Assembly: GCA_958009085.1 (NCBI GenBank)
Contig: OY253670.1
Span: 248,001 to 312,000 of the forward strand
Source: Protoeuglena noctilucae
Taxonomy: Eukaryota
DNA length: 64,000 bases
Direction: 5' to 3'
Below the pieces are notes generated by a model. It saw only the letters and a program-made list of their open reading frames with translations, was not told the origin of the DNA and searched no databases. Shown here in pieces: positions 49,137 through 62,790 of this stretch. Both the position numbers and the translations under genes were made by a program. Numbering within the stretch: position 1 is the first letter of the stretch; the number at the start of each line of letters is the position of its first letter.

Positions 49137-50417
49137 ATGGCGAAGGTGCGTGCTGGATGCCTGCGGCTTGGGCGTTCAACGAGACACTCGCAAACGTTCG
49201 CCCTGCGTGATCAGCGCGCCTGGCGTCGGTCGCGCCCGAGGTCAACCTGCGGCCTCTTCCTCATCGACGCAGGGTGTTCAAGAAGACGTCCTCGACGCGG
49301 AGGACCACGACCTGGATTTCGAAGGTTGGTTTGTAGGTTAGCAACCGGGCGCGTCGCCTCGCCAGGGACTGTGCCGACCACGAGCGCCCCGCCGATGCCG
49401 CAGAGAACGACGTGGAGGAGGGGAGCTCCCTCGACGACATGGATGACGCCGGCTTGGAGGCGTCCGGAGCGACGAGCGCCGGGAGCGCGCTGGACGCGGC
49501 CGTGGCCGCGCTGGAGGAGGTGGTTTTCAGCGACTCCTTCACGAGTGCACAGGAGACTTTCTGCCGGGCGCAGTGCGAGGTCTTCGAGGAGCGGGAGGAG
49601 AACCGCGTCGAGTACATGACCATCTACGAGCAGTGGGTGCTATTCCTGGAGGTGAGACCAGCTAGGGGCGATGCAAAGGGCGATGGCGACGCGCGTGGGA
49701 TGAAAGTAGCTGGAAGATGTTTCTGCGGCTTGGGAGTTGAGCCTTGACGGGGCGCCGGAGGGAAGCCCAGCGCGACGTCGCACGCATCTCGGCAAGGTTT
49801 TGCAAAGCCCTTGCCACGGCGTCTCTTGTGCTTTCAGAGGCAGCTGCACGACGCTCTGGTGGCTTGCGCGCCGGGCGGGGATGTGCAGGCGTTCCTGTCG
49901 GACCTGGGGGATCGGGCGAGGGAGGACCCGTCGGTTTTGGAGAGCGACGTGTTTGACCTGGTGAGGCGGGGCCTGCTTGGGGTCGTTCACCGGCATTGGG
50001 ATGAAGACATCGACGCAGAGGCAGAGAGACAGAGGACGCGGGAGCTGCCACCCTTTCCGTGGTTTTGCGTTGCGCAACGTCCCCACGCCGGCACTGGCCA
50101 TGCTGCCACCCCTCCCCGTCTCCAACGCAGCTGCTGTCGATGACGGACTTTGCGGCATTCAAGGAGATGATGCTGAGCTACAAGCGCGGGATGGCCATGG
50201 ATCTCAGCGCAGACGCAGGCGGGCTGCTGGATGTCAAGGCGAGGGGCCACGCAGCACATGTATCACTCGTCGCTGCAATCGCTATTGACTGCCGCTGCAA
50301 AACTCTAATTCGCCTGCTTCTGTTCTCGTGCAGCCCCTGCGCATTCACACCGATGAGATGTCGGACGGTGAGGAGCGGCCTGACCTGGACTTAAGCCTCA
50401 ACATCACGTCCATCTGA
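49137..50417 (+). CDS. ARL2-binding protein (BART domain)-like; about 6 exons
   Basis: LDAAVAALEEVVFSDSFTSAQETFCRAQCEVFEEREENRVEYMTIYEQW, DVFDL|LLSMTDFAAFKEMMLSYK. Confidence 0.85.
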
Positions 50418-50662
50418 TCATGTGATGATGGTGACGAGCGATTCCACAGTTCAAACAACGGCAAGCGCATCCATCACGTCGTGATCACGCCATGAGAACG
50501 AGAGGCACGCTGCAGTGCTGCAGGCGCAGCCAGCATTTGAAAGGGACGCACTGGGACCTGCACGCCAGGAAACGCCAGGAAACGGGGGCGTGAAACAGAA
50601 TCGCGCTGGGGACTGCACCGCCCCGCTAGAAAGACAAAGGACACGCCGCCTGACGCAGGGGC

Positions 50663-52322
50663 TCATCGGTCCGGCTCCATGAGCCAGTCCTCGCAAGACT
50701 CGTACACCTGCCCCGCGATGCGGATGGGCGCGCCGCCGCAGTCGAGCCCCGCTCGACGGACGTCCTCGACGGTCCGCCCCGACACGTCGACCTCGCAGTA
50801 CCGTTCCGAGTCGGCGTACTTCGAGAACGACAGCCCCTGCCCGCCCTCGAGGCGCACGCCGTCCAGCGCGAGGCCCCCGACGCCCGACGCGCAGAAGGCC
50901 TGCTCGTAGCGCGTCTCCAGCGATCCGCCCGTCGCGTCGACGCGGCCGCTCCCCACGTAGAACCCGTACCAGGCGCGGATGTCCACGTCGGTCGCCGTGA
51001 AGGAGCCGTGGCTGTTTAGCGTCACTCCGGAGAAGACGCCGTCGATGGTCCCTCGCGTCATCGTCACGTGCGCCTGGCCCGACACCAGGATGCCGTCTTG
51101 GTACCACTGCCCCCCGACGATCGCGGTGTCCTCGAGAGCCACGGTGCTCATCGTCCGGCCCTCGAGCCCAGCCCCGGACGCCGTCTCGCGCACGACGCTG
51201 CCGCGGATGCCCACCGTGCTCGACACGGCGAGCACTCCCGCGGCGCCGCTGGACCGAGAGATGTCCGCACCGGACACCTCCACCCACGACCCCGCCAGCG
51301 CGGCCAGCCCAGTGCCCCCGGTGCCCTCCACAGACCCGCCCCGGAACGTGACGCGCGTGTCGGCGCCGATGGCCACGATGCCCTCCCACCTCGCGTCTCG
51401 CACCGTCAGCCCCTCCAGCACCGCTGTCGCGCCGTCCCCCACCCACACGCCCGTCCCCGCGCTGTCTACGGAGCCCCCCACCACCGAAAGCATGGCGCCT
51501 CCCGTGGCATAGATGCCCGCGAAGGCGGTCTCCTCCACGCGGGAGTCACGCATCGTCAGCTCCGCACCGTCGACGAAGACGCCCCTCCCCCGCACGGTCA
51601 CGCCCTCCAAGCGCGCCTGCCGGCCCCGGGTTACCTGCACAGGAAAAGAGCGCTACATTGGTCATGTAAAACCACGGCAGCTCTTGTGTGTTCCCTCTGC
51701 TACTCTCTCGCACCTGAATGGCGAACGGTGCCTCGATGTGGATTGCGTAGTCATCCGAGACCCACCACGCCTCCGTCTCCACCGCCAGGGTCCCATTCCG
51801 CAGCGTCACGGGGAACTCGATTTCCAGCGGACGCGTCAGGACCCACTCTTGGCCACCCAGGTCCACCACACCGCCGCGTCGGACAGTGTCGTGAAGCTCT
51901 GCCTCCCGCTCAGGCATCGCCTGGGCCCGTCCCGTGGTGCCAGCGCCCTACGAACGCGAGAAGCACGCAAATAATTGGACCCCAGCAAGTTACCCAATCC
52001 ATCCTGGTGGTCTCAGGCCGAGCCGAGGGCAGCTCACCTTGACACACGTGGCGGGGTAGCCAGGGGCCCAGCTGTGGGAAAGCACCGCGCCCGGCCGGCA
52101 CACGCACGTCAGGCCCGTGCCGACGACGACCTGGGTCCCGTGCGGCTTGCAGTCGTCGGTGGTCCGGGTGCACGACTCTTGCGCGACGCAACTGCCGTCG
52201 TACGCGCTGATGGGAAACCCGACGGCGCTTGACACGCAGACCGCCAATACCACGAGGCCGAACATCCGCATACTCTTCGCTTCACGTCGCCGGGGGCGGG
52301 CCCCAGGGCGGGCGCCCGCCAT
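50663..52322 (-). CDS. Diverged paralogue (D) of the secreted EGF-like/beta-helix protein; 3 exons
   Basis: MFGLVVLAVCVSSAVG, CKPHGTQVVVGTGLTCVCRPG, GGVVDLGGQEWVLTRPLEIEFPVTLRNG, QVTRGRQARLEGVTVRGRGVFVDGAELTMRDSRV; collinear with copy A with the same two intron positions. Confidence 0.78.
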
Positions 52323-53439
52323 TTTATCTGCGTATGTTTGCACGTAGGGCTTATGGGCCGGCGCGCGACGCCGCGGGATTTCGCGAGCTGATGAGTACAG
52401 CAACAGCAACAGATAGTTCAGTCGTTTGTGCTTGCGTCGAAGCCGAATTCTCCGTCCGGAGCGCGAGGACCGCAAGCGGGCGAGTGGGCGAGTTCGCAAG
52501 GCTGGTGAGCCCCCTCGCGGCGTGTCGTGGCGAACGGAGCCACGCAGGGCACTATTAGTATGATGAAATTTGTACACAAGTGATGCTCATGCGCAGATAG
52601 CCTCGCCTGATCGCGTGCCCCAGCCCTAAATGTGTGCGTGCAGCGTGGGCTGCGCAGGCCGAGACGCGAGCGAGAAGAGGAGATTCGCCACCAAGATTAC
52701 AGATTGGAATGAAATCCTGAGGGAATAGTGCTTGCAGACCTCTGTAAATGTCAGGCAAAGCTGGGTGGGGAGGGTGCCCCAGGGAAGTCCCAAAATCTTC
52801 TCATTTATTGGTCAAAAGTCAACAACACTGCATTTTCCAGCATTGTCTTGAAGTGCCGTCCAGGCTGTAGCGGCGCGATGCGGGCCTGCGGGGCGGCAAA
52901 TGCTGCCGGGCCCACGTGGTCGGTGCGCCTGGCCGCGCCCGGGGCGGGTCTGCGGGCCGAGGCGCTGCGCAGGGTCGCGATCGGACGGTAGTGTGTGTCG
53001 GCTGGGTCTGGCGTGGCAGCCGGCGCGGGGTCTCGGCAGGTGCGGGGCCACCCTGATCCTCGAAGCTGCGCGTGTTTGGGGCCGATGCACGCATTATGCC
53101 TCGCGCGAGGAGTGCGATGTAAGCGACTGTGTGTATGACTGCTGCGTGGGCCGTTGGCCGGGCCGCGTCGCGCGCGGGGACAGGGGGCGCGGGCAGGGAA
53201 TGCATCCACACCCATCGCAGCCAGCGATGCAGCGATGGGTCGCGCGAGAGGGGCCGGAAGGGCGACGTGCAGCATGGCGTACATGGCCCGCAGGTCTGTG
53301 ACGCGCCGGGCGGACGGCGGCGGCGGCGATACGAGCGGGGAGCGGCGGGGCTTCCCACGGCCATCCCAGCCGCAGGGCAGCGGGGAGGCGCGGCGATCGG
53401 ACGGAGCCCGGCGGGGCAGGTGAGGGGGAGGGAAGCGTC

Positions 53440-54886
53440 ATGCTCGTCGGGACACGTCGGCGCGGGCGGACTGGGGACCGGGGGATCGGGTGTCCAGTGG
53501 CACCGGCGCGCGTCACGGCAGGCTCGCTCGGGCACGCAGGTCGGCCGGCCCCGGCAGGCGGGGCGAGGGAGGGCGGGGCGGCGAGGGGCGCGGATGAGGC
53601 TACGGCAGGAGCAGGGGCAGGAGCAAGTATGTGGATGGCGGCTTCAGGCAGCACGAGTCACCCGATGAGCGTGCCGGACGCGCTGATGACACGGGACGGG
53701 GCACGGGCGCCGGCGGCAGCGGCGACGCGGGGGGAGGTGCGGGACACGCGGCATATCTGCATGTACCTGCTGAAGTGTGGGGCGAAGAGCGAGCGGATGG
53801 GGCGGGCGTGCATGGGGGCGGAGGAGGCACGGGTGCTGGTGGAGCGGTTCCTGGAGCTGGAAAAGGACGACATCCTGGGTCTCAACCAAGTTATGAAGGG
53901 GTGGCATCTGATGGGGCACCCGGCGGACGAGGACATGGTGGTGAAGCTGGCAGAGCGGGCACAGCTGTGGCTGAAGGGTGGGGACGGCATGTCCTGTGGC
54001 GTGACGACATACGGGCTGGCGAAGGTGGTGGTGCTGATGGAGGGACGGGGGGCGCTGGAGCGGGCGGTGGGGGAGGGTGGGTGGCTGGCGGGTGCACTAG
54101 GCACGGTGGCGAGGGTGACGGTGGAAAAGAGGGAGGAGCTTGCCGCGCAGGCCATCAGCAACGTGCTGTGGGCGTGGGCCACGGTGGGGTACCACCCCGG
54201 CGAGCAGGTCATGGACGCTATGCAGAAGGAAGTGGCAAAGAAGGTGGGGGCTTTCAACGCCCAGGACCTGGCCAACACGGTATGGGCGTGGGCCAAGCTG
54301 GGGTGTGACCCCGGCGACTCGGCCATGGACGGCGTGCGGGACGCAGTGGCAAAGAAGGTGGGGGACTTCAAGCCCCAAGAGCTGGCGAACACGGTGTGGG
54401 CATGGGCCAAGCTGGGGTACGACCCAGACAAGGAGGTTATGGATGTTATGCGGGACGCAGCGGTGGCCAAGCTGGGGGATTTCGCACCTACAAGGACTGG
54501 CCAACGCGGCGTGGGCGTGGGCTGAGCTGGGGTACGACCCCGGTAGCGCGACCATTCGTGCTGTGCGGGACGCCGTGGTGGCCCAGCTGGGGGACTTTGA
54601 CCCCCAAGCGCTGGCCAACACGGTGTGGGCCTGGGCCACGCTCCAGTACCAGCCTGGCCTGCCTGTGCTCCGCGCTGTAGAGGACGCCGCTGTGCAGCTG
54701 TCTCCAGCTTTGGATGCCATTCATTGGCCCCAGCTGGCCTGGGGCCTGGCCAGTCTGGGGCACAGGGGCTCGAGCGTGTGGCGGGGTGCAGAGGCAGCGT
54801 GCAGGGATGCCATGGTGCCACATCTCAACGCCAAGCAGCTGGCTGTGGTAGACAAGTGGTTGGGTGATAGTGCAGGCGATGTCTGA
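53440..54886 (+). pseudogene. OPR protein gene with a +1 frameshift (copy B)
   Basis: Same 38-aa repeats; extra base in ttc gca cct a caa gga at ~54490. Confidence 0.8.
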
Positions 54887-55094
54887 GGCTGTTTGCTTAT
54901 TGACTCCCGAACATTTTCCGCTACTAGCATCGCATGCCATAGAGCCTGCCATCATTCGCTGCGTGGAGTCAGTCACGCGGGTAGATTGTCGCTCAAGCCA
55001 CGTCTTCCATCCCAGCATTCGTGTTTGCATCGCGATGCCTATTCAAAGACAAGCCCTGGTTCCTAAGCTGCAGCCACCCTGTCACAACTAACCA

Positions 55095-55444
55095 TCACGT
55101 GTGCCCCGCCGCTGCCTGCCACTCCTCGCACGTGTACTCCTGCCCGGCCACCGTGAAGCTCGCCCCCCCGTAGCACTCCAAGCTCATGCCCCTCAGGTCC
55201 TCGCCCGTCCGCCCCGACACCTCGAGCCTGCACGACTTGTACTCGTAGTCGTAGTAGTTGTACTGGTAGCTCGACACGGACACCCCCGCCGAGCCGTCCA
55301 GGTGCACGCCGTCGAGGCGCACGCGGCCGCTGGGGCCCGACGCGCAGTACACGTGGCGAGAGGAGGCCTCCATGGAGCCACCCTTGGCGTCAAAGGTCCC
55401 CGACTGCATGTTCAGGCCGTAGGTCCCGCCCTGGATGGCCACGC
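55095..55444 (-). pseudogene. 5'-truncated fragment of the beta-helix gene (last ~115 codons)
   Basis: Nearly identical to the C-terminus of copies A and C (VAIQGGTYGL...AAAGHT); homology stops at 55444, ~215 nt from the MnmG stop codon. Confidence 0.85.
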
Positions 55445-55660
55445 TTGTCGAGGATCCGCTCGAAAAGCATTTGGTGGCCCAGATTTCATCGTTGAGCCAT
55501 CACTTTTTTGAGTTTTCAGCTTCCAGCCCCGCCTTGTCAATCAACTGCTCTACACTCCTTGCATTTCATGGACACGCCAGCATCGCCGGGATGGCCTACG
55601 CTACCCCCCACAGCTCCCCAGCCTGTGCACAGCCCCTCTCTCCACAGCGCCCGTAGCGCT

Positions 55661-58600
55661 TCACGCTGCCTGACTCGCGGCCTGACCCACCGCCTGGCTC
55701 ATCGCCTCGTCCCGCCTCTGTCGCCGGCTCAACTTCGGCGAGCCTCCCTCAGACCCCTCCCCGTCCCCACCATCATCGTCCCCACCATGCCCCTGCCCCT
55801 GCCTTTCTTCCGCCTCGCCCCTGCGCCTGCGCTGCACCTCCAGGTGCACAAGCAGGTTGTTGATGTCCGCCGGCGTCACCCCGCCCACGCGCCACGCCTG
55901 CCCGATCGTGGCCGGGCGGATGCGGCCCAGCTTCTCTCGGCTCTCCATCGACTGCGGGGCAGTGGGGTGGGAGTGATGGCGAGAGCCCAGGTCGACGGCA
56001 TGGGGTTGCGAGGCAATGTCGGTCTTACATAGTTCCCACACATCAAACGAAAAGGCGCTGCTTTCTGCTTCCAGAAAGGCCCAAACGTGACATCAATCCA
56101 TTTTCCAATCAAATATCAAGTATATCTGACGAACATTTACACCGGCTCTCACCATGGTGGTGATTTGCGCGTAGTCCACCCAGTCAGGAATGCGTTTGTT
56201 GGTCTTGCGCATCATGGTGTCGAGCTGCCTCTGCTGCCGATCGATGAACCCCGCGTATTTGATCTGCAAGGGCCAGGACTGAGGGGCGAAGGTCGGGAGG
56301 TGACGAGGCTGGGTGACTTGCTGGGATAGGCCAGGCAGGGTGGGTGGACAGAGCATGGCGGGGCAGAGTGGATGAAAAGCGGACAGGAAAGGCGAAAGCG
56401 GAGTGCTCGTGGCCTTGCCAAGTTCCCATCACCCATCCATTCTCAGTAGGCAGGGCACTCGCATGCAAACCCCCCGCTGCTCTCCCACCGTCACACACCT
56501 GAATCTCCACTCCTTCCTTCTCATGCTCTGCCAGACCCGCCGAGGCGCCGCCCTCGCCAGCGAACCCCGCATCTCCTTCCGCCGCCCCCTCTCCACGCCC
56601 GCTCCCCGCCCCCGCTAACGCCCGCTCCGCCCCCGCCCCATGCCCGTGTCTCTCCAGCAGCGAGAAGTGCACGTGCGGCCTCCGCAGCACCTCTTCCAGG
56701 GTGATGGTCGTGCCGCCCACGCCCTGCCCGGACATCTGCACCGCCTCTTGGACTAATGGGTCCTCTGGGCGCAACCGTGTGGATGCCAGCCGCACCCTGC
56801 AAGGGACAAAGGCACCAATGGGTGGTGAAACAAAAACGACCTTTCGAAGCATGTGACCAGGCATGCCATGCACAAAACTCCACTGACCTCTCAATGGTCG
56901 TGGTTGTGGTTTATGAACCGTCCCATCGTGGCTATGCAATCACCCCACCGTCCCTCACCTCTCGGCCTCCATGCGTGCCACCTTGGCCGTGTAGGCACCC
57001 CACCGCGCGTCGTCCACCAGGCCGACCTCCCGGGCGATGGGAGTGAGGCGCTGGTCTGCGTTGTCCGATCGCAGCACCAGGCGATACTCGGACCGGCTCG
57101 TCAGCATGCGGTAAGGCTCGCGGAGGTCCTGGGGGAGGTGACGGGACACACAGCACGAAGTGTCAGGGACAGTGTGTAGCACGAAGCACATCTCAAAGCT
57201 AAGTCATCTCACAGCGCCCCCAGCAAATGCCCCATCGCCCTAGGGACCAAGTCATCACCACAGCCCGCCCCCATGCAACCACGTACTCGCCTTGGTGACC
57301 AGGTCATCGATGAGCGTCCCGATGTAGCTGCTCTCCCGGGGCATCGTCATGGGCTCCAGTCCCTTGGCCCTCAGTGCCGCGTTCATCCCCGCCACCAGGC
57401 CCTGGGCAGCCGCCTCCTCGTACCCTGCGATGAGGCAATGAGAGCAGAGTTGGTGGCAACGGTGGCGGCAGAGGTGGCTACAGCAATGGCAGCGTGGGGG
57501 GTGGCTACGCACAACACCATACCACGATGGCTACCATCACTGCCAACAACCATCCAATCCATCGCACAGTCGCTGCACACCCCTCGCGGCACAGACCCAC
57601 TCCCAATCCACGCCCCAACACCCCAGTCATCGACCCCCCTATCAAACATCACCTGTCGTCCCGTTCAGCTGCCCGCTGAAGAACAGCCCCTGGATGCGCT
57701 TGGTCTCGAGCGTCGGCTGGCATTGGTGGGCGGGGAGGTAATCATACTCGACAGCGTAGGCGGGGCGGAGCATACGCACGTCCTCCAGGCCCGGCAGTGT
57801 CCTCAGTAACGCCAGCTGCAATCGCTCGGGCAGTCCGGTTGAGAAGCCTTGGACGTAGATCTCAGGAGTGGCGCGGCCCTCGGGCTGCAACCAGGGAAGG
57901 AGGGGGTGAGGGAGTGAGTGGGAGAGTGAGGGATAAGGTGCGAGGGAGAGGCGGGTGTACGTGACAAATGGTGGACCAGGCAGGGTTGCGAGGAGGGCAA
58001 TAAATGAAAGGGGTTGCGGGGTTGAGTGGGCAGGGTCAGCGATACGCTTGCGCAGCGTCACCAAACAAGCCCCCCGGGCGCCAAGAGATACTAGTTATGC
58101 CATCGGTCACCTCCAGGAAGATCTGATGCGACTCTTTGTCGGCGAATCGGACGATCTTGTCCTCAATGGATGGGCAGTACCGGGGCCCATTGGCCGGGAG
58201 CCACCCGCCGTACTTGGGAGTTTCGTGGAGGTTGTCTCGAATGAGCTTGTGCGTCTCAGGCGTGGTGCGCGTGATGTGGCACGACAGCTGGGGGCGCCTG
58301 GGGACACGGCGCGGGGTGCATGGGGCTGTGAGGGTTGGCGACAGGGTGGATGCTGCTACAAGCAGCCGGGCGGTGAGCAGGTGGGCAAGGTGAGGCGGGC
58401 GGTTGGGGAAAGAAGGTGAGTGAATCGCCGGCAATGATAGGGGCAAAGCTGGCGGCGCAGCAAAGGTGAGAAGCACAAACCGCACCGTGCTGCCGGCCAA
58501 ATCCAAACATGGCACCCTGCATGACCCAGCACCTGACGTGCTCCAATACATCGAATGAAAAGAATCGGCTCTCGTCCTCCCCAGGCTGCTCCTCCAGGAC

Positions 58601-59773
58601 GCCCCAGTCCACGGTTCGACGGTCCACTCGCGCGGGCGTGCCCGTCTTGAGCCTGTCTGCGGGACCGACCGAGGCAAAACCAGGTGAAGAGATAGCAGTG
58701 TCTTTCGAAGGACACACATCATTGGTAGACTGCCGACATGGTTGAAGCCACCACTGCCACCCTCACTGCCACCCCCACTATCACTCACCCTCACCCCCAC
58801 TGCCGACCCCACTGCCACCCTTACCCCCACCCTCACCTGCCTCGAAGCCCAGCGCCACAAGCGCCTCCGTCAGCCCCTTGCTGGGCGCCTCGCCCGCGCG
58901 CCCCGCCTCCATGCTCCGCCGGCCGACCCAGATGCGCCCGTTCATGAAGGTGCCCGTCGTCAGCACCACGGCGCTCGCCCGGAAGGACACCCCAAAGTAA
59001 GTACGCACCCCGCGGACGTCGTCGTTGGGGCCCACCACCAGGTCCACGGCGTGACCCTCGCAGATCTCCAAATTGGGAGCCGACTCGAGCACGCGGCGCA
59101 TCTCGCGAGAGTACTCCAGCTTGTCCGTCTGGCTGCGGGCGGGCAGGGGTGTAGGGCGTGAGAGTGAGCGCCGAGCGGGGCGTCCATGCCTCACTGCGAG
59201 GCGCCGGGGGCCCGGCGTAAGCCCTCGCCTGCGCAGCGCCCACACGGCGGGACCCTTGGAGCGGTTAAGGACGCGCTTCTGCAAGTAGGTGCGGTCTGCG
59301 ATGCGGCCAATCCACCCGCCCATCGCATCCACCTCGTGCACCAGCTGGCTCTTGGCGGGGCCGCCGACCGCCGGGTTGCACGGCTGCCACGCGATCTTGT
59401 CAAGCGTCAGCGTCAGAAGGAGCGTCCGGCATCCCATGCGCGCGGACGCGAGGGCCGCCTCGCACCCGGCGTGCCCCGCCCCGACCACAATCACGTCGTA
59501 CTCGTCCGGGTGCCACCACGGCTCCTCCTGCTTGTTAAGGACATCGAAGTAAGCCAGGTCTGCCGCGCCCGTCTTCTCGGAGTAAGGCGCCGGGCCGGGA
59601 TGCGACCCCTCAGCCGCCGTCGCCACGGCCCGCCGGGGACCCCGCCACCGGGCTCGGCTCGGGTGAGCACACGCCGGCGCGGAAGGACCGACACAAGAGC
59701 CTCCACGCACGGACCCCGCGGCATGCGCCCTGGGCGCGGAGGCCACGGGGCGGACGCAGCTGCTGATGGTCAT
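55661..59773 (-). CDS. gidA: tRNA U34 5-carboxymethylaminomethyl modification enzyme MnmG/GidA, probably plastid-targeted; about 10 exons
   Basis: [48 protein letters not shown] (cyanobacterial-type), [64 protein letters not shown]; transit-peptide-like N-terminus. Confidence 0.96.
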
Positions 59774-61135
59774 AAAGGCCCCCCGATCTCCCGGTCCCCG
59801 CAAGCGCAGCGCCGCTGCGACACTGTGCGCAACGCCCCTGCGAGTCAGCGACAACACGTGAGTGGGAGAGACGGATATAATACAGAGCAACGATAAGCCT
59901 GCCCGGATTGCGGATGGCCGTCAAGAAAACACCCTGCGACCTCTACCTCTGCCCGTCCATTGGCTGATGCTCAGGAGAGCCATATGGCACCCGAAACTCG
60001 CGCTCCCCAAACCCTCACCGCTCCCTGCTCGGCCAGGGCGTCCCGCTGGCCGGCGCAGACGCTGCGTGGCCCAACACACGGCGCCGGAGGGCAGGGAGGC
60101 AGAGGTTAGCTGCAGCGCGCAATGTCTGGCCACACAGCACGGCTCGCATCAGGAGGCGCAGCCCGGGTTGCAACTCCTGGCCCGACTCGTGAGGGCGCGA
60201 GATGGAAAGAGCGAATGTCCCAGTGTTGATGAAGCCACCAGCAGTGTCTGAACAGCACGAACGATGCGCTAGGAGACGCGTTGCGTGTGCACCGTGGCTG
60301 GACTGACCGACTGCGTGACGCAGGTTCTGGTCCCCGGGCCTGCTGCTTTCAAGACTGGCCTCATCTTCCCCTACCTCACCTCCGTGGCACCGGACGGAGT
60401 GCCCGCGCATTCAAGCGTGGCTTCCAGCCCCTGCGCCAGCGCTGGGGCTTGCACCAAATGATTTGAAAGGCTGCATCGGCTGGCTGGCGCAGCCGTCGTC
60501 GGATCAGATCTGTCCCTTTGCATTCTGATGCGCCCTTTCTTGTGAACACATTCGCTGCGTCGCTTGGGCGTAGCGGCAACCACGCAGCGGGGTTAGAGGC
60601 CTCCAGCGCAGCATGGCTGGTGCGCCTGCCCGCGCCCGGGGCGGGTCTGCTACCCGGGGCGCCGCGCAGGGTCGCGATCGGATGGAGTGTGTGTCGGCTG
60701 GGTCTGGCGTGGCAGCCGGCGCGGGGTCTCGGCAGGTGCGGGGCCACCCTGATCCTCGAAGCTGCGCGTGTTTGGGGCCGATGCACGCATTATGCCTCGC
60801 GCGAGGAGTGCGATGTAAGCGACTGTGTGTATGACTGCTGCGTGGGCCGTTGGCCGGGCCGCGTCGCGCGCGGGGACAGGGGGCGCGGGCAGGGAATGCA
60901 TCCACACCCATCGCAGCCAGCGATGCAGCGATGGGTCGCGCGAGAGGGGCCGGAAGGGCGACGTGCAGCATGGCGTACATGGCCCGCAGGTCTGTGACGC
61001 GCCGGGCGGACGGCGGCGGCGGCGATACGAGCGGGGAGCGGCGGGGCTTCCCACGGCCATCCCAGCCGCAGGGCAGCGGGGAGGCGCGGCGATCGGACGG
61101 AGCCCGGCGGGGCAGGTGAGGGGGAGGGAAGCGTC

Positions 61136-62582
61136 ATGCTCGTCGGGACACGTCGGCGCGGGCGGACTGGGGACCGGGGGATCGGGTGTCCAGTGGCACC
61201 GGCGCGCGTCACGGCAGGCTCGCTCGGGCACGCAGGTCGGCCGGCCCCGGCAGGCGGGGCGAGGGAGGGCGGGGCGGCGAGGGGCGCGGATGAGGCTACG
61301 GCAGGAGCAGGGGCAGGAGCAAGTATGTGGATGGCGGCTTCAGGCAGCACGAGTCACCCGATGAGCGTGCCGGACGCGCTGATGACACGGGACGGGGCAC
61401 GGGCGCCGGCGGCAGCGGCGACGCGGGGGGAGGTGCGGGACACGCGGCATATCTGCATGTACCTGCTGAAGTGTGGGGCGAAGAGCGAGCGGATGGGGCG
61501 GGCGTGCATGGGGGCGGAGGAGGCACGGGTGCTGGTGGAGCGGTTCCTGGAGCTGGAAAAGGACGACATCCTGGGTCTCAACCAAGTTATGAAGGGGTGG
61601 CATCTGATGGGGCACCCGGCGGACGAGGACATGGTGGTGAAGCTGGCAGAGCGGGCACAGCTGTGGCTGAAGGGTGGGGACGGCATGTCCTGTGGCGTGA
61701 CGACATACGGGCTGGCGAAGGTGGTGGTGCTGATGGAGGGACGGGGGGCGCTGGAGCGGGCGGTGGGGGAGGGTGGGTGGCTGGCGGGTGCACTAGGCAC
61801 GGTGGCGAGGGTGACGGTGGAAAAGAGGGAGGAGCTTGCCGCGCAGGCCATCAGCAACGTGCTGTGGGCGTGGGCCACGGTGGGGTACCACCCCGGCGAG
61901 CAGGTCATGGACGCTATGCAGAAGGAAGTGGCAAAGAAGGTGGGGGCTTTCAACGCCCAGGACCTGGCCAACACGGTATGGGCGTGGGCCAAGCTGGGGT
62001 GTGACCCCGGCGACTCGGCCATGGACGGCGTGCGGGACGCAGTGGCAAAGAAGGTGGGGGACTTCAAGCCCCAAGAGCTGGCGAACACGGTGTGGGCATG
62101 GGCCAAGCTGGGGTACGACCCAGACAAGGAGGTTATGGATGTTATGCGGGACGCAGCGGTGGCCAAGCTGGGGGATTTCGCACCTACAAGGACTGGCCAA
62201 CGCGGCGTGGGCGTGGGCTGAGCTGGGGTACGACCCCGGTAGCGCGACCATTCGTGCTGTGCGGGACGCCGTGGTGGCCCAGCTGGGGGACTTTGACCCC
62301 CAAGCGCTGGCCAACACGGTGTGGGCCTGGGCCACGCTCCAGTACCAGCCTGGCCTGCCTGTGCTCCGCGCTGTAGAGGACGCCGCTGTGCAGCTGTCTC
62401 CAGCTTTGGATGCCATTCATTGGCCCCAGCTGGCCTGGGGCCTGGCCAGTCTGGGGCACAGGGGCTCGAGCGTGTGGCGGGGTGCAGAGGCAGCGTGCAG
62501 GGATGCCATGGTGCCACATCTCAACGCCAAGCAGCTGGCTGTGGTAGACAAGTGGTTGGGTGATAGTGCAGGCGATGTCTGA
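61136..62582 (+). pseudogene. OPR protein gene with a +1 frameshift (copy C)
   Basis: Translations identical to copy B; extra base at ~62186. Confidence 0.8.
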
Positions 62583-62790
62583 GGCTGTTTGCTTATTGAC
62601 TCCCGAACATTTTCCGCTACTAGCATCGCATGCCATAGAGCCTGCCATCATTCGCTGCGTGGAGTCAGTCACGCGGGTAGATTGTCGCTCAAGCCACGTC
62701 TTCCATCCCAGCATTCGTGTTTGCATCGCGATGCCTATTCAAAGACAAGCCCTGGTTCCTAAGCTGCAGCCACCCTGTCACAACTAACCA

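Larger units (their letters stand above)
52877..55444. repeat. Segmental duplication copy B (OPR gene + 3' fragment of the beta-helix gene)
   Basis: Direct repeat of copy C at an offset of 7696 nt; inverted repeat of 28986-31552. Confidence 0.95.

Noticed and set aside
54140..54640. 114-nt periodic repeats as a CRISPR-like array
   Set aside because: They are coding OPR units with no unique spacers, in a eukaryotic context with no cas genes.
52877..55444. Autonomous transposon assignment for the cassette
   Set aside because: No transposase, RT or Rep/Hel ORF and no clear TIR, LTR or TSD visible; kept only as a hypothesis.
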